Origin: Mobula birostris
Taxonomy: Eukaryota
Length of the DNA: 64,000 nt
Reading direction: 5' to 3'
Assembly (NCBI RefSeq): GCF_030028105.1
Contig: NC_092383.1
Location: forward strand, 76,673,359-76,737,358
The position numbers were made by a program, and so were the translations under genes. Shown piece by piece: positions 11,100 through 23,726 of the stretch (positions are counted from its first letter, which is position 1; each line of letters begins with the position of its first letter). The notes below the pieces were generated by a model, which saw only the letters and a list, made by a program, of their open reading frames with translations, made no database searches and was not told the DNA's origin.

Positions 11100-11830
11100 A
11101 GTAAATACCCACAGGGAGGACCGTGACTGACTGTACCTCATCGACATTGGGTTGCTGGTTCCACGCTGCGGGGAAGGCTGGCTGATGCTATGACGCCAAT
11201 ACCACTGACTTGCCCCGCTTCCGGGAGCCGTGCTGCGGTGCACGCGCCACTCTTTCCGTCGGGCCCTTCCGGCAGCTCGGGACGTCACTGCCGGTTTGCG
11301 ATGGCGCAGCTCGGCCTGATCCGCCTGAAGGCGCCGAACAAGGAGTCGCGGGATCGGGAGTCCGCCGGGCTCAGACCCGACCCGGGTCCCGGCTCCGGCC
11401 CACACCCTGCCGCCAAGCGCCGTAAGACTCACCATCACGGCCTTATGCGTGGACCCGCGACCTCGGCCCCCGCGCTCCGTTACCCGCCCCCCGCTCATGT
11501 CAGTGGTGGTCTACCTGCCGCCGTGTACTCGGTGTGTCCGCCGCCACCGACGGGATCTGGCCCCGGCCTCGGCTCTATCCCTGCCGCCGGGCCTACCCCC
11601 TGCCCGCGCCCAGCCCCCGCCCTCGCGGCCAGCGCCACCTCCCTCCCCAAGACGAGGAACCCGAAAGATAAGCACCTACACCGGGACAAGGAGAAGAAGC
11701 ACCGGCCGCGTAAAGAGAATAACGACGGCGGGCCTCCGCACAAAGGTACGAGGGTCTTCATGTATTAGATGGAACTGCTGAAGCCACGCGGAAAATTTAA
11801 AGCCCTCGGTGGGGTCTGTGCAAACATTCG
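11100..11830 (+). promoter_or_regulatory. CpG island and TATA-less promoter of RSBN1
   Basis: The only strongly CpG-rich segment of the window. ATTGG 11146-11150, TGACGCCAAT 11191-11200, ETS-type CTTCCGG 11218-11224 and 11266-11272, CRE-like GACGTCA 11281-11287. Confidence 0.8.
11301..11745 (+). CDS. RSBN1: RSBN1 coding exon 1 (Pro-rich, basic, low-complexity N-terminus)
   Basis: ATG at 11301 in strong context (gcgATGG) begins MAQLGLIR, similar to recalled human MAAQVGAVR. Donor AAG|GTACGA after 11745 is phase 1 and matches exon 2. An in-frame upstream ATG exists at 11190. Confidence 0.8.
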
Positions 11831-11859
11831 GGTGTCCCACTTTCTAAACGGGACCTCCC

Positions 11860-11950
11860 CGTAGTGCAGTATCCTTCAACCGATTACATGCTCGTGTTTC
11901 AGTAGTGGGTCTTGAGCTCGCAAGCATCTGAAAACTGAGCTGCTGCTGAT
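11860..11950 (-). mobile_element. Ancient Deu-domain/SacSINE-like SINE fragment; related pieces at ~35500-35720(+), 42040-42200(-), 46230-46440(+), 56590-56760(-)
   Basis: Degenerate matches to a tRNA-derived head, e.g. ctagattttctgctcagtctgtagaatgagacttgaacccatgac at ~56684-56728 and ctgacactttagtgcagtacttggagtgctgc at ~46278-46309. Confidence 0.45.
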
Positions 11951-13995
11951 GAGTAAGACTGGGGATTTTGGGTGTTTTTTTTCATACCGAATCTTAAGAT
12001 TGGGGATAAAGTTTTCTGAGCCAAACTACGACACTCAGTGCTAAAATTTGATCATTTGCTTGTGTTGGTTGTGTCATCTCGGTATGTTAAATTGACTGTC
12101 ATGTTCGCCTTCATATCGATACGGGGAGATAAATTCATCAGCGACAATGCGCTTTGAGAAATTCAAAGCACAACATCAACTGAAGTTTTTTCCTTAGTTG
12201 CATTGTATTGGAGAGTCTGTCCTGTATTAAACTCAGTTTGTTAGCGTTGGTCATCCAGTTTTGCGGCATGTCTTTTAGTGACAAATATGGTTTCTTTTGT
12301 AAAATTGTGTCGTTTATGATAAATTATTTTGCTGCAACTACAAAATGAAATTTTGATCTTTGCTAAACTGGTTCATGGAAATACATTTGAAGTTTACAAA
12401 ATTTTCAAAACAGGATTAGGCTGTGCATCTTGCAGGTGGTTGTAACTGGATTAGCTTTTAAATTTGTAGGGTTGAAACTGTAATTTGCTATGAGATTTTG
12501 GTGTCTTGGGAATAAACTTTTCACTGTGAAGTGTGACAGATCTGTAAAAAAAATGAGCATTGGCTATGATTTGCAATGTCCTCTTTGGGTTGTAGTTTTA
12601 TTGACTGAAGATCAGTTATGGAGAAAAAAGGAATCTCATTCAAATGTTGATTTTCGCAGTTGAGCATCCAAAAATGTAGAATCACCAAAGTAAAGTATCT
12701 GTAATTGGGAAAATAAAGCAGTCCCACAAGGAATGATTTGATAATCACCAAATTATGTATTTAGATAATTTGAGGAGGGGTATCTGTTAGTCCAGCATAC
12801 TGGGAAAACTCTCTTGCTCTTCAAAATGGTGATGGTGTTTTTTTCACTTTTAGTCAGGGGAATAGAGAAGGCTCTGGATTAACATCCAAACTGAATGATA
12901 GGGATAGTTGGTGTGAAATGGGACATGCTGCTAAGAGTGAACATGGGTGTTTCTAATAGTAATGCTATTTTGCTGGTAGACAATTCCATCTGTCCTAACT
13001 CAGTACACAACAATGTTCTTTGTTGCTTGTACCTGCAGCTCAGTTAGATTTGATTTATTTACTGGATTTGAAGAGGCATAATGGTGCATCATGTGCTTGG
13101 GATGTTCTGTAACTTTTGAGATGTAGTTACTGTTTATTTTGGTAAAGGGGATAAAGAGGGTTAGATTGGAAGTATGGTCTTGGTACTTTCATTATTTATC
13201 AGATGTACTGTTAATTATTTTTAATGTTAAGGGGCTGGGAAGTAGGCTAGCAAGAGAGTACAAGGTGAAAAATGCTGGATTAAGTATATCTTGTAATTTA
13301 TGGGCTTATAAATTTACTTAAAATAAATCTGCCATCTTATTCAGTTTAGCCAAGTGCCTTCAGCCTGCAATGATCCTTAAACTGGAAAAGCAGTTGCTGA
13401 CTGTTATCGGTCATTGGCTTTAAAATGTCTTTCTGGGGCATTTCAGACTAGCCAATTAACATCCCCCATGGCAGAATATCCCACATACTTAAGACACTTC
13501 TAGAACAAACATCGTCATTTTTAGGAAAGGATATCAACCTGATGGATTAACTCTTTCTCCTGGATGTTGTTTGACCTGTCAAGTATTTCCAGTGTTTACC
13601 TTTTTTTTTGGGGGGTTGGGAACAAAGCTGTAAAGATTCTGTTTGGATCCCAGGTAATTTCTTTGCAACTTGTATGTTTGCTTCCAGCATGATTACCAGG
13701 GAAAACAGCCCTGTTCTGTAATTTACATTTTGGAATCTTTAATACTCACTTGTGAAGCCAAATGGAACCTGCATTTGACGTCCAACTGAATCTGCTGCAT
13801 GAGCAAGACAGCCAAGTTGCATATCCATTAAATCACTCAGCTTTGAATTTAACTGTCTCATACCCTCACCCACATCTTGAGCCTTGATGTGAATTTACTG
13901 GCCATATCTAGCATCAAGCTCTGTTAACTAACACTATGGTGTTTGCTATCCTATTAGCAGAAGTTTGTAGGCTCCTTGTTTTTTTAAAAAAAAGT

Positions 13996-14280
13996 TGAAA
14001 GTTCAAGTTCAAAGTAAATTTCTTATCAAAACACAAATATCACAATAGGCTATCGTAAGATTTATTTTCTTGCAGGCATTTACAGTCAAACAAAAAGTGT
14101 AGTGATCATTGAAAACTACACTCAAACACAGACTGACAATCAATCAATATGCGAAAGAAGCCAAACTCTGCAAATACAGAAAAACTGATCAGAATTAATA
14201 AAACTGAGAACATGAGTTGTAGAGTCTTTGAAAGTAAGTATATAATTCTGGAATCAGTTAGGTGTTGAGTGTTATAATGA
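13996..14280 (-). mobile_element. LINE (Rex/L2-like) 3' end with (TTGAAC)n-type tail; sister copies at ~8190-8310 and ~32168-32340
   Basis: A diverged aaagttcaaagtaaattt-ttatcaaa start and internal similarity recur in all three copies. Confidence 0.6.
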
Positions 14281-16264
14281 CCTGTTTCCTGTTTTCTTGT
14301 CTTTCCTTTCTAGATCAGTGTAGCATCCAATTCTGCTATTCTCCAGGGTCTTTCAGTTTACCAATACTGGCCTCTTATACATTAAAACTTACATTTTTTT
14401 CAATATTAATGGCTGGTCTTTCAGCTGTACAGGTAGAAGGTTTTGCATTTCTATATAACTGCTTCATTATCCAAAGCTGAGTCTTTGGTGATTATCTCCT
14501 CTGATTGCAGTTTTTTTTTTGCTAATGCACCTGTGAGCTGTTGTTGGACATTCTTTGAGGTAGACCTGCTGTGTAAGTGCACATCATTGTCTCGCCTGAA
14601 AGCTGACACCTTTGGCGTTGCAACAATCCCTTACTGCAGCTGCATAGTGCAAATTAGCCTAGATTTTGTGCTCCAGTTTCAGAAGTCAGACAAATCAAAA
14701 TTGCTAAAAATTCTTCAACTGTGGTTTTATATTTGGTATTTAGGCTTTCAGAATTATAATAAATTTATTTTTAAAAGGATGTAATGGAGATAGAGCAGGT
14801 GCAGAAGAGATTCACAAGGATATTTCCTGGATTGGAGGTATTGTGTTATCAGGAGAGATTTGTTGAGCTAGGTCTTTCTTTTATAGAGTGAAAGAGGCTG
14901 AGGAATGACATGATATAGCTGAATAAAATGGAGAGGCACAACAAGAGGGTAGGCTGTCCAACTTCAAAGCCCAAATGCAATCATCACCATTTTAAAGAGC
15001 AAGGGGGTTTTCTTAGTGCTGGACGAACAGATATCTTTGCCAAACACCTATCTACATAATTGGACATTATCAACACGTTCCTTGTGGGACATCACGTTAT
15101 TTTCCAAGTTATACATTCCAACAGTGATGTTTATCCGCAAAAAAATTTCTTAATCTGATTGAATTGTCGTGCTTGTAGGACAATTTCGAAAACTGAATTA
15201 ATTTCACACTTAGGTACCCAAATATGGTGGTGAATGTCTACCTGTAGTACCTGCTGAAGGTCTTGATGAGATTTCATGGATTAGCTGTGGAGTCATTGGT
15301 AAAGGGCTGCAGAAATTCATTGCCACAACTGAATGAAGAACACTTTTGCATCCAAGCCATAAAGTTTAAACCGTATTTCAAATCCTCTGTGGGCCGAGAG
15401 GGGGGTGTGTAGTAGTTAATTGCAATAAAAATGGAACATGACTGTGTCAGATGCTTTTCAAAGGAGATGGTATTCCGAATCCTTATTTATCTCTGTGTAT
15501 AAGCATACAGTCCATTATTTCAAGAGCAGAATTCTTCATTGTGTCCAAGTCAAGACTTCACCTAAAACTAATGATTTAGTTGCTCTGCTTAAATTGCCTG
15601 TCTACAATATTAAATGTATTTAAAAATACTCCATTAGTTGCAAAGTGCTTTGGGGTGTTGCACTATACGAATACAAGATTGTAAATTTATCACCTTGATT
15701 TGTATGTCTTTGTGTACATTCTGATGCATTTTTATTCTGTAAATGGGTATCAGATGGATGCCTGTCATGGGCTTGCTTAGATGATACACCCAATACATTT
15801 GTTGCTGCCCAGATAATTCTGCTCAAGTCCATTGATAGGCTAGATAGATAGAAACCTCTTTCTGCTGATGGAGTATGTAGGAGAAGGAACATAAAGTTAA
15901 GAGAGAAGTTAAGAAATACTTCATGCAAGAATGATAAAAACATGGAATTGTTTATAAAACACAGTGAATACTAGTAAATTTGCTGTTGAATAGCCTGTTC
16001 CTGTTTCTCATGACTCTTTGAAGAATCCTAGCCTTGAATTTAATGTGGCCTTGCGCAATCCTGTATAAGACTACAAATCTCTAGGATATCTCTAATTCCT
16101 ATGACCTCATCATCAAAGACCATGCCTTCATCTAATTTCCTCTTCCTGGAATTTTCTTCCATGAGTTAATGTGCTACTTCAATCTTGTCTCTTTACCCTT
16201 CTGCTCACCCACCATAAAAATCCTTCAACTTGTTGCTTGCTTTTGTCTTGTTATCACTGTGAAG

Positions 16265-16750
16265 CATAGGGTCATACAAAAATACAGCACAGAAGCAGGC
16301 ATTTCAGGCCATCTAGTCCATGCTGAACTATTAAACTGTTTACACCCATAAACCTATACTGGGACTATAACCCTCCAAATCCCTGCCATCCATGTACCTA
16401 TCCAAACTTTTAGGAATGTTGAAATCAACCTCACTTGCATTACTTGTACTGGTAGCTCGTACCACACTCTCATGATCCTCTGAGTGAAGAAATTTTCCTT
16501 CATGTTCCTTTTAAACTTTTCACCCTTCACCCTTAGCCCTTGACCTCTGGTTGTGATCCCACCCAACTTTAGTGGAAAAGTCTGCTTCCATTTACCCTGT
16601 CTATACCCCTCATAATTTAGTATACTTCTGTCAAATCTCCCCTCAATCTTCTATGTTCCAAGGAATAAAGTCCTAACCTATTGAGTCTTTTCTTATAGCT
16701 CAGGTCCTCCAGACTCGGCAGCATTATTGTAAATATTCTTTGTACTCTTC
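16265..16750 (-). mobile_element. CR1 LINE 3' fragment
   Basis: Minus ORF TTRGQGLRVKGEKFKRNMKENFFTQRIMRVWYELP (CR1 ORF2 C-terminus). Confidence 0.85.
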
Positions 16751-18289
16751 CTCTTTTAATGATGTCCATATATTCTGGTGGTTTTAGTTTGATTGCAGAT
16801 GGGCCTGCGGGGGGGGGGGGGGGAGAAACGACCTATATTTTTAAATCCCTGCATTTGTTACTGGGTGGAAGCAATTGTGAGAAAAGTAAAAAGTGGAGCA
16901 ATTTACCATGCCAGACTTCCTTGTCTAATATCAGATATGTCCTTGGAAGAGAGGAGGTCGAGCAGTCTTTGTGTAACCATGTGATTTTTATTTTATGAAT
17001 TGTTACGTGCACCTTGTCCGTATGCAAGTGCAGGAGTTGGGATGTGTTGTATGTTAATGGTCCTTTTACTGCTCAGTAAAGAGGTAATGGCAAAATCTGT
17101 AATGCTGACACTATTTTACATGCTGTTGATCTCAAAAAATCAGATTTGTATGTTACCTGTCTAGTAATGTGTAAAGATCCAAAACAAATTGAAAGTGACT
17201 TAAGATAGCAAAAACTAAGTCAACATTGAATGTTCTCTAGTTCTCATAACACAAATGAAGTGTTATTTATATATTAAAGCAATTCCATAGTCAGGTGTTG
17301 ATGAGGAAAAGAGTTGACTAATGTGCGCTAAGGGCGAACTCTTCCTGTACTGACAACTCCAGGCATTTTCCACCACCTTGGCTGGCTAATTTATGAAAAG
17401 CTTTCAGTTGTTCTGCAGTGCTGTTAGTGGATTATCACTGAATCTGTATACATTTATACCAGATAAACAATTTTTTAAAAATCACATGTTTTTGCTATTA
17501 CCATTGCTGTGCGAATCTCACTGGAATTGTTTTGCTTTTTCCAAGTCAAAACTTGCCCTTCCCACGTTTCCATCAAGCCGTGTTTTAATTGGACTTCAAA
17601 GTGTAAAGTACTGTTTAAAGTTGGTGCCAGTTACTTCCTGGTAATGATCTGACTAACAGTGCAGCATTCTTGTCTATGCTGGTTATCTGGTCAAAGTCTA
17701 CCGCACTTGGTACCTTGGTAACGGAATGAAAAATAAACCCAAACAGTGTTGTACATTCAACTCAACTTGCTATAGCCAAGGTAGTTTCTTGACCCATAGA
17801 ATGAGTTCTGCTTTGAACTTGAGGGCTACAGTGTCAGTAATGTATGTTGATCTAGTGTCTTTTATGACCTGAAGATGTACAAAAGCATTTTAGTCAATGA
17901 AATCATTCAACAATATAGTTCTATATTGTGAGAAATGTATCAAGCCCTGCAATATGACAGTTATTTATGTTGTGTTTCTTTTTATGAAGTCAGATGAGTG
18001 GTAAGTATTGGTATGATACTGGGGAAACTTTGCGCACCACGCAGAATCCTGAGATAATGTGCGGGTTTTTTTCTGTTCGTACAAGACTAGACTGTGGCTT
18101 GAACATTACTTGGATCTTCGCAGATTTCACTTTTGTGGCAATATGAGCTCTTCTTTAAGTTGCATTTTTAGGCTTGTATCTCTAGAATGCCAGTTACAAC
18201 CAGTCTTATACCTTAATGTGGCGTTCAACCAAGTGAGACATGTTAGAATCTATTGGAATTAGTAGCTAAGTCTCTGGACAGAGAACTAG

Positions 18290-18900
18290 CTTTGTATGAC
18301 TATCAAAATCAGGTTTAAGGTAAGTGGTAGGGGAGTCCAAAATTATTGGCTACAGGTTTCGAGTTAGAGGGCAAGATTTAAAATGGACCTGAGAGGCAAC
18401 CTTTCCACCCCAACTGTGTTGATTATATAGAGTGAGCTGTCACAGGATGTAATTGAGGTAGGTGTAATAATATCAATGAAGAAACAGTTGGATAGGTACG
18501 TGGAGGGATCGGGCTTATCAGAAACACTGACATATGTCATGAAATTTGTTTTGTGGTAGCAGTATGGTACAAGATATCTTAAAAATATATAAGGTACAAT
18601 CTTCAGGTTCCTGTACCTTCTCAATGGTGGTAAAGAAGAGAGCACATGTCCCAGATAGTGAGGGTCTTTAATGAGGATGTTGTCTTCTTGAGGCATTACG
18701 TGTTGAAGATGTCCTTGATGGGGCTATGCCCGTGATGGAGCTGGCTGAGTGTGCAACCCTCTGCCACCTCTTTTGATTGTGTGTTTGAAATAAGGGTTGG
18801 GCACAGCTAATTAGGACAAGGTGGGTGGCCATTGTACCCAGCGTGGACTTGTTGTCCTGAAGGACCTGTATCGTGCTGCATTGTTCTATGGTTTGATGAT
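18290..18900 (+). mobile_element. CR1 3' fragment with a nested minus-strand Rex-type piece (~18510-18780)
   Basis: gggcaagatttaaaatggacctgagaggcaac is CR1-like. Minus ORF IKDPHYLGHVLSSLPPLRRYRNLK is Rex-like. Confidence 0.65.
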
Positions 18901-21900
18901 TACTCTCAGGTGGGGAAAAATGGAAATGTTTAAGAAAGGAATTCTAAATCTTAAGGGCTGCATATTTGAAAAAAATGGTCACTATGTAGAATGATGAGAG
19001 TTGGATGTATTTGAGGCTGGAAATGAAGTCCAGAGATCAAGGTTTGAAGAACTTCTGTTTCGGATGATATTGGTTAGTATCTTCTATGCATGTGGGGAAT
19101 CAACATTTCTTTAGGTTCAAATTGTGATTGTTGTCAAGGTTCTAATGTCATGGTCCATGGAATAGCTAGCCAAAATTAAAAGCCCCAGAAACATTCATTA
19201 CCACATGTAGCAGGAAATAAATGTGTCGATTGTTTGCCTTGTATTTAGAATTTCCAAATTAAAGATTCTTGTAGAGCTTGACGAGGGAGCCCACTTTTTC
19301 AGATTTGAATGGCAAATATTTGGCTTTGATCTCTGTTGAGCATTGCAGCCAACTGGTTTCAAAATCAAGACGAATTTGGGATAAGCTGCCCTGCAACTCA
19401 CTAGACCCACAGTGCTTTAGTCAAGTCTTAACTTTATATGACTATTTTTCATTTTGGAATTAACAAGAAAAAAATAGTTATTAATTGATCAAAGGTGGGA
19501 TGTCTAGGAGTTTTTCTTTGTTAGCTGAAATATGGTTGTGAATGCTTTCAGCAGCTATCCCATGTCGAAGAAATTTCCCACGATCTGCATTTTAATGAAG
19601 CAATTTTTAGAATGATACTTTTTTGTTTGATCAGAGTGGGAATTTAAATACTTCCATGATTGATGGTAAGCCTTGCTGAATAACAAGGTGGAACTAAAAT
19701 TGAAAGAGATCAGTTGATCCTGTTAACCAGATCATAATATCATGGTCATTGTACACTTGATCCAGCCAAATCTGGCAATATCCATGTATTGGGTTTGTTG
19801 CTGCATGTAGCCATGCATGACAATATAACTATGTCAATCATGTACCCTTTAGTTTAGCTCCAAAAGCAGCAGCATAGTACTTTTCATTTCCTAACATCTG
19901 TGCACCACGCAGCACCAAGTGTGACAAGATCAGTTTTCAGCTTTGAGGCTAGTATAAATTGGAGCCAGTTTTGAGGACAGAGACTTGTATGTCAGACTGG
20001 TTTCTCGTGTGTATCTCCACCTATAAAAAGATTCTTGAACCAGCGTGGATAACTTCAATTACCACTATTCTGAGCTGATTCTGAAGAGGTAATTGACATA
20101 GCTACATTATCACAGCAAAATGTGGGAACAAAAATGTTACAGGGTTATAGTGGAATTTGGCAAGGCAATGAATCATGAAAACTATATTCAGATCTGGTTA
20201 AAACTGACTTCCTTTCAACTGTAGTACTGCTTTGTTATTACATTGCCAAGAGATATCTTTGATGTACAAGAACGTTTGTTGCCAATTTTTTCTTCACTTA
20301 GCACATGCCTCTTCCCTCCCACCTCGTTGTCTGAGGAAGTTAGCTAAGTCCTGCTGCCCTACACCATATCATTCTGCCAGCCTTTCAGTAATAAACACTT
20401 GTTTTTGTTTAACCTTTTGAGTAGCCAGAATTGGTATTTATTATATCAGTTTGTGCTTAATTATACCCTGCACAAGACTACCATTTAGTAATACCACTCT
20501 TCCAGACACAGACCTTCTAAAGAATGAGGTGTTAATAATATTCAGCTAATTCAGGACTGGGGATGCTGAATGTAAAAGGTTAATTGGGATATTTTAAGAT
20601 GGTTGCTATTTCAAACTATTTTCCTTTGCTTATAAGATTATTTTTTAGTGTCTATATCACTTGAGCAGCAAGTCAAGCATGTTTCTTCCTACTATTTTAG
20701 AAAGTGAGTTTCTGTCCCAAAATCACTATAAATGTAAGCAATGCAGTGTGCTGGTGATGACTATCCGTTACACAATCCATATAAGGCCTTGAAATGTATC
20801 CACATCTCACTCTCTACTCTTTTCAGAAGCATAATACTTGGGAAGAATGGGATGCACTCCAAGACTTGATCTCTAAGTGCTGATATCTTTTGAAGCCATT
20901 ATCTTTTGGTAAATGTAATCTGGAAAGAATGTCCCACATTTTTTCATTATTTCAAAGAAAAAAACACACTTGTCATTTTGCCGCGAAAACCATCGAGAGC
21001 ATCGGCTTAGTAAAGACCTATTAATGGCTTTCTGCAGGATTCTGTGATGACAGTGCCTTTGCAGTATATTAGTACAGTATTCCTGCAGCCTTTGTGGTGC
21101 ACTCTATGCCCACATTGTCAGTATATCACAATATTATAACCTGAGACGACATATTTGTCTTCACTTATAAGTATCTTGTATTTTCTTTTTACTGGTGTCA
21201 TATAATGAAACCTTTTTTCTGAAATTTTTCTTTTACCTCATTTGAGCATTGTAGCCAAATCATGTCCAGTTAAGGGAATTTTATTCTCTTTCAGGTGATC
21301 TTTTGAAGTGCCAAGCCTTTAAATAAAACTGTTAAGAATATTAGAGTAGGGCCCTCAAATAAAAACACAGGTGTGTGCATGCAGAGGCAAATACGCTTGA
21401 AATCTCTACTGTGTTTGCTGAGAAATTACTTAAAACAATAAGACAGGAGTAGAATTACACCATTCAGCCCTTCACATCCATTCTATCATTACTGAGCTAT
21501 TATCACTTAACACCATTCTCTCACCTTCTCCCTGTAACCTTTGATGTCCTTACTAATCAAGAACCTATTAACTTCGGCTTTGAATATACCCAGTGACTTG
21601 ACTTCCACAGTCGTCTGTGGCAATGAGTACCACAGATTCACTACCCTCTGGATAAACAAATTCCTCCTCATGTTCTTGTATTTTGAGGTTGTGCTCGCTG
21701 GTCCTCCACTATAGGAAATGCCTTCTCCACTTCCACTTCTCCTAGGTCTTTCAGTATTCAGTGGGTTTCAATGAGATCCACTCTCAATTCTTCTAAGCTC
21801 CAGCAAGTACAGACCCAGAGCCATCAAGTGCTTCTCGTGTTAACTCTCATTCCCAGAATAATTTTCGTGAACCAGCACATCTTCTCTTAGATAAGAGACT

Positions 21901-22051
21901 CAAAACTGCTCACAATACTTAGCAACGCACACAAAATGCTGGAGGAACTCAGCAGGCCAGGCAGCACCTATGGGAAAAAAAGTACAGTTGACATTTCAAG
22001 CAGAATCCCTTTGGCAGGACTGGAGGGGAAAAAAAGCTAAGGAGTAGAATT

Positions 22052-23726
22052 CCAGACCTGATCAGTTCCCCTGTACCACCACTCTGCTTCATCTAGCGGA
22101 ATTAGTCCTTACTCTTAATAATTTCTCCTTTGGCTCCTCCCACCTCCTTCAAACTAAAGGTGTAGCTATGGGCACCCGCATGGGTCCGAGCTATGCCTGC
22201 CTTTTTGTTGGCTTTGTGGAACAATCTATGTTCTGAATCTATTCTGATATCTGTCCCCCACTTTTCCTTCGCTACATCGACGACTGCATTGGCGCTGCTT
22301 CCTGCACGCATGCTGAGCTCGTTGACTTTATTAACTTTGCCTCCAACTTTCACCCTGCCCTCAAGTTTACCTGGTCCATTTCCGACACCCCCCTCCCCTT
22401 TCTAGATCGTTCTGTCTCTGGAGACAGCTTATCTACTGATGTCTACTATAAGCCTACTGACTCTCACAGCTATCTGGACTATTCCTCTTCTCACCCTGTC
22501 TCTTGCAAAAATGCCATCCCCTTCTCGCAATTCCTCTGTCTCTGCCACATCTGCTCTCAGGATGAAGCTTTTCATTCCAGGACGAGGGAGATGTCCTCCT
22601 TTTTTAAAGAAAGGGGCTTCCCTTCCTCCACCATCAACTCTGCTCTCAAACGCATCTCCCCCATTTCACGCACATCTGCTCTCACTCCATCCTCCCGCCA
22701 CCCCACTTGGAATAGGGTTCCCCTGGTCCTCACCCACCACCGCACCAGCCTCCGGGTCCAACATATTATTCTCCGTAACTTCCGCCACCTCCAACGGGAT
22801 CCCACCACTAAGCACATCTATCCCTCCCCCCCCCCCACCCCGCTTTCCGCAGGGATCGTTCCCTACGCGACTCCCTTGTCCATTCGTCCCCCCCATTCCC
22901 TCCCCACTGATCTCCCTCCTGGCACTTATCCTTGTAAGCAGATCAAGTGCAACACATGCCCTTGCACTTCCTCCCTTACCACCATTCAGGGCCCCAGACA
23001 GTCCTTTCAGGTGAGGCAACACTTCACCTGTGAGTCGGCTGGGGTGATATACTGTGTCTGGTGCTCCCAGTGTAGCCTTCTATATATTGGCGAGACCCGA
23101 CGCAGACTGGGAGATCGTTTTGCTGAACACCTACACTCTGTCTGCCAGAGAAAGCAGGATCTCCCAGTGGCCACACATTTTAATTCCACATCCCATTCCC
23201 ATTCTGACATGTCTATTCACGGCCTCCTCTACTGTAAAGATGAAACCACACTCAGGTTGGAGGAACAGCACCTTATATTCCGTCTGGGTGGCCTCCAACC
23301 TGATGGCATGAACATTGACTTCTCTAACTTCCGCTAATGCCCCACCTCCCCCTTGTACCCCATCCATTATTTATATACACACATTCTTTCTCTCACTCTC
23401 CTTTTTCTCCCTCTGTCCCTCTGACTATGCCCCTTGCCCATCCTCTGGGTTCCCCTCCCTGCTGTTTTCTTCTCCCTGGGCCTCCTGTCCCATGATCCTC
23501 TCATATCTCTTTTGCCAATCAACTGTCTAGCTCTTGGCTCCATCCCTCCCCCTCCTGTCTTCTCCTATCATTTTGGATCTCCCCCTCCCCCACCCACTTC
23601 AAACCTCTTACTAGCTCTTCCTTCAGTTAGTCCTGACGAAGGGCCCCGGCCTGAAGCGTCGACTGCACCTCTTCCTAGAGATGCTGCCTGACCTGCTGCG
23701 TTTACCTGCAACTTTGATGTGTGTTG
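22052..23726 (+). mobile_element. Young 5'-truncated Penelope-like element (RT C-terminal half, GIY-YIG endonuclease, 3' end); pseudogenised
   Basis: RT motifs QTKGVAMGTRMGPSYA and RYIDD (YIDD 22273-22284) with an in-frame stop between them. ORF 22591-23337 has GVIYCVWCSQCSLLYIGETRRRLGDRFAEH. Perfect 14-bp TSD TAAGGAGTAGAATT at 22038-22051 and 23727-23740. Confidence 0.93.
23629..23664 (+). ncRNA. Hammerhead motif with core mutation (GAAG instead of GAAA); probably inactive
   Basis: AGTC-CTGACGA-A-GGGCCCCGGCCT-GAAG-CGTC-GACT. Confidence 0.6.

Noticed and set aside
11097-11781. Overlapping alternative-frame and antisense ORFs in the CpG island
   Set aside because: These are expected in GC-rich sequence. 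Only the 11190/11301 frame splices in phase to exon 2.
16809-16823. G15 homopolymer (G4-capable)
   Set aside because: An isolated run with no supporting context; homopolymer length is also error-prone.
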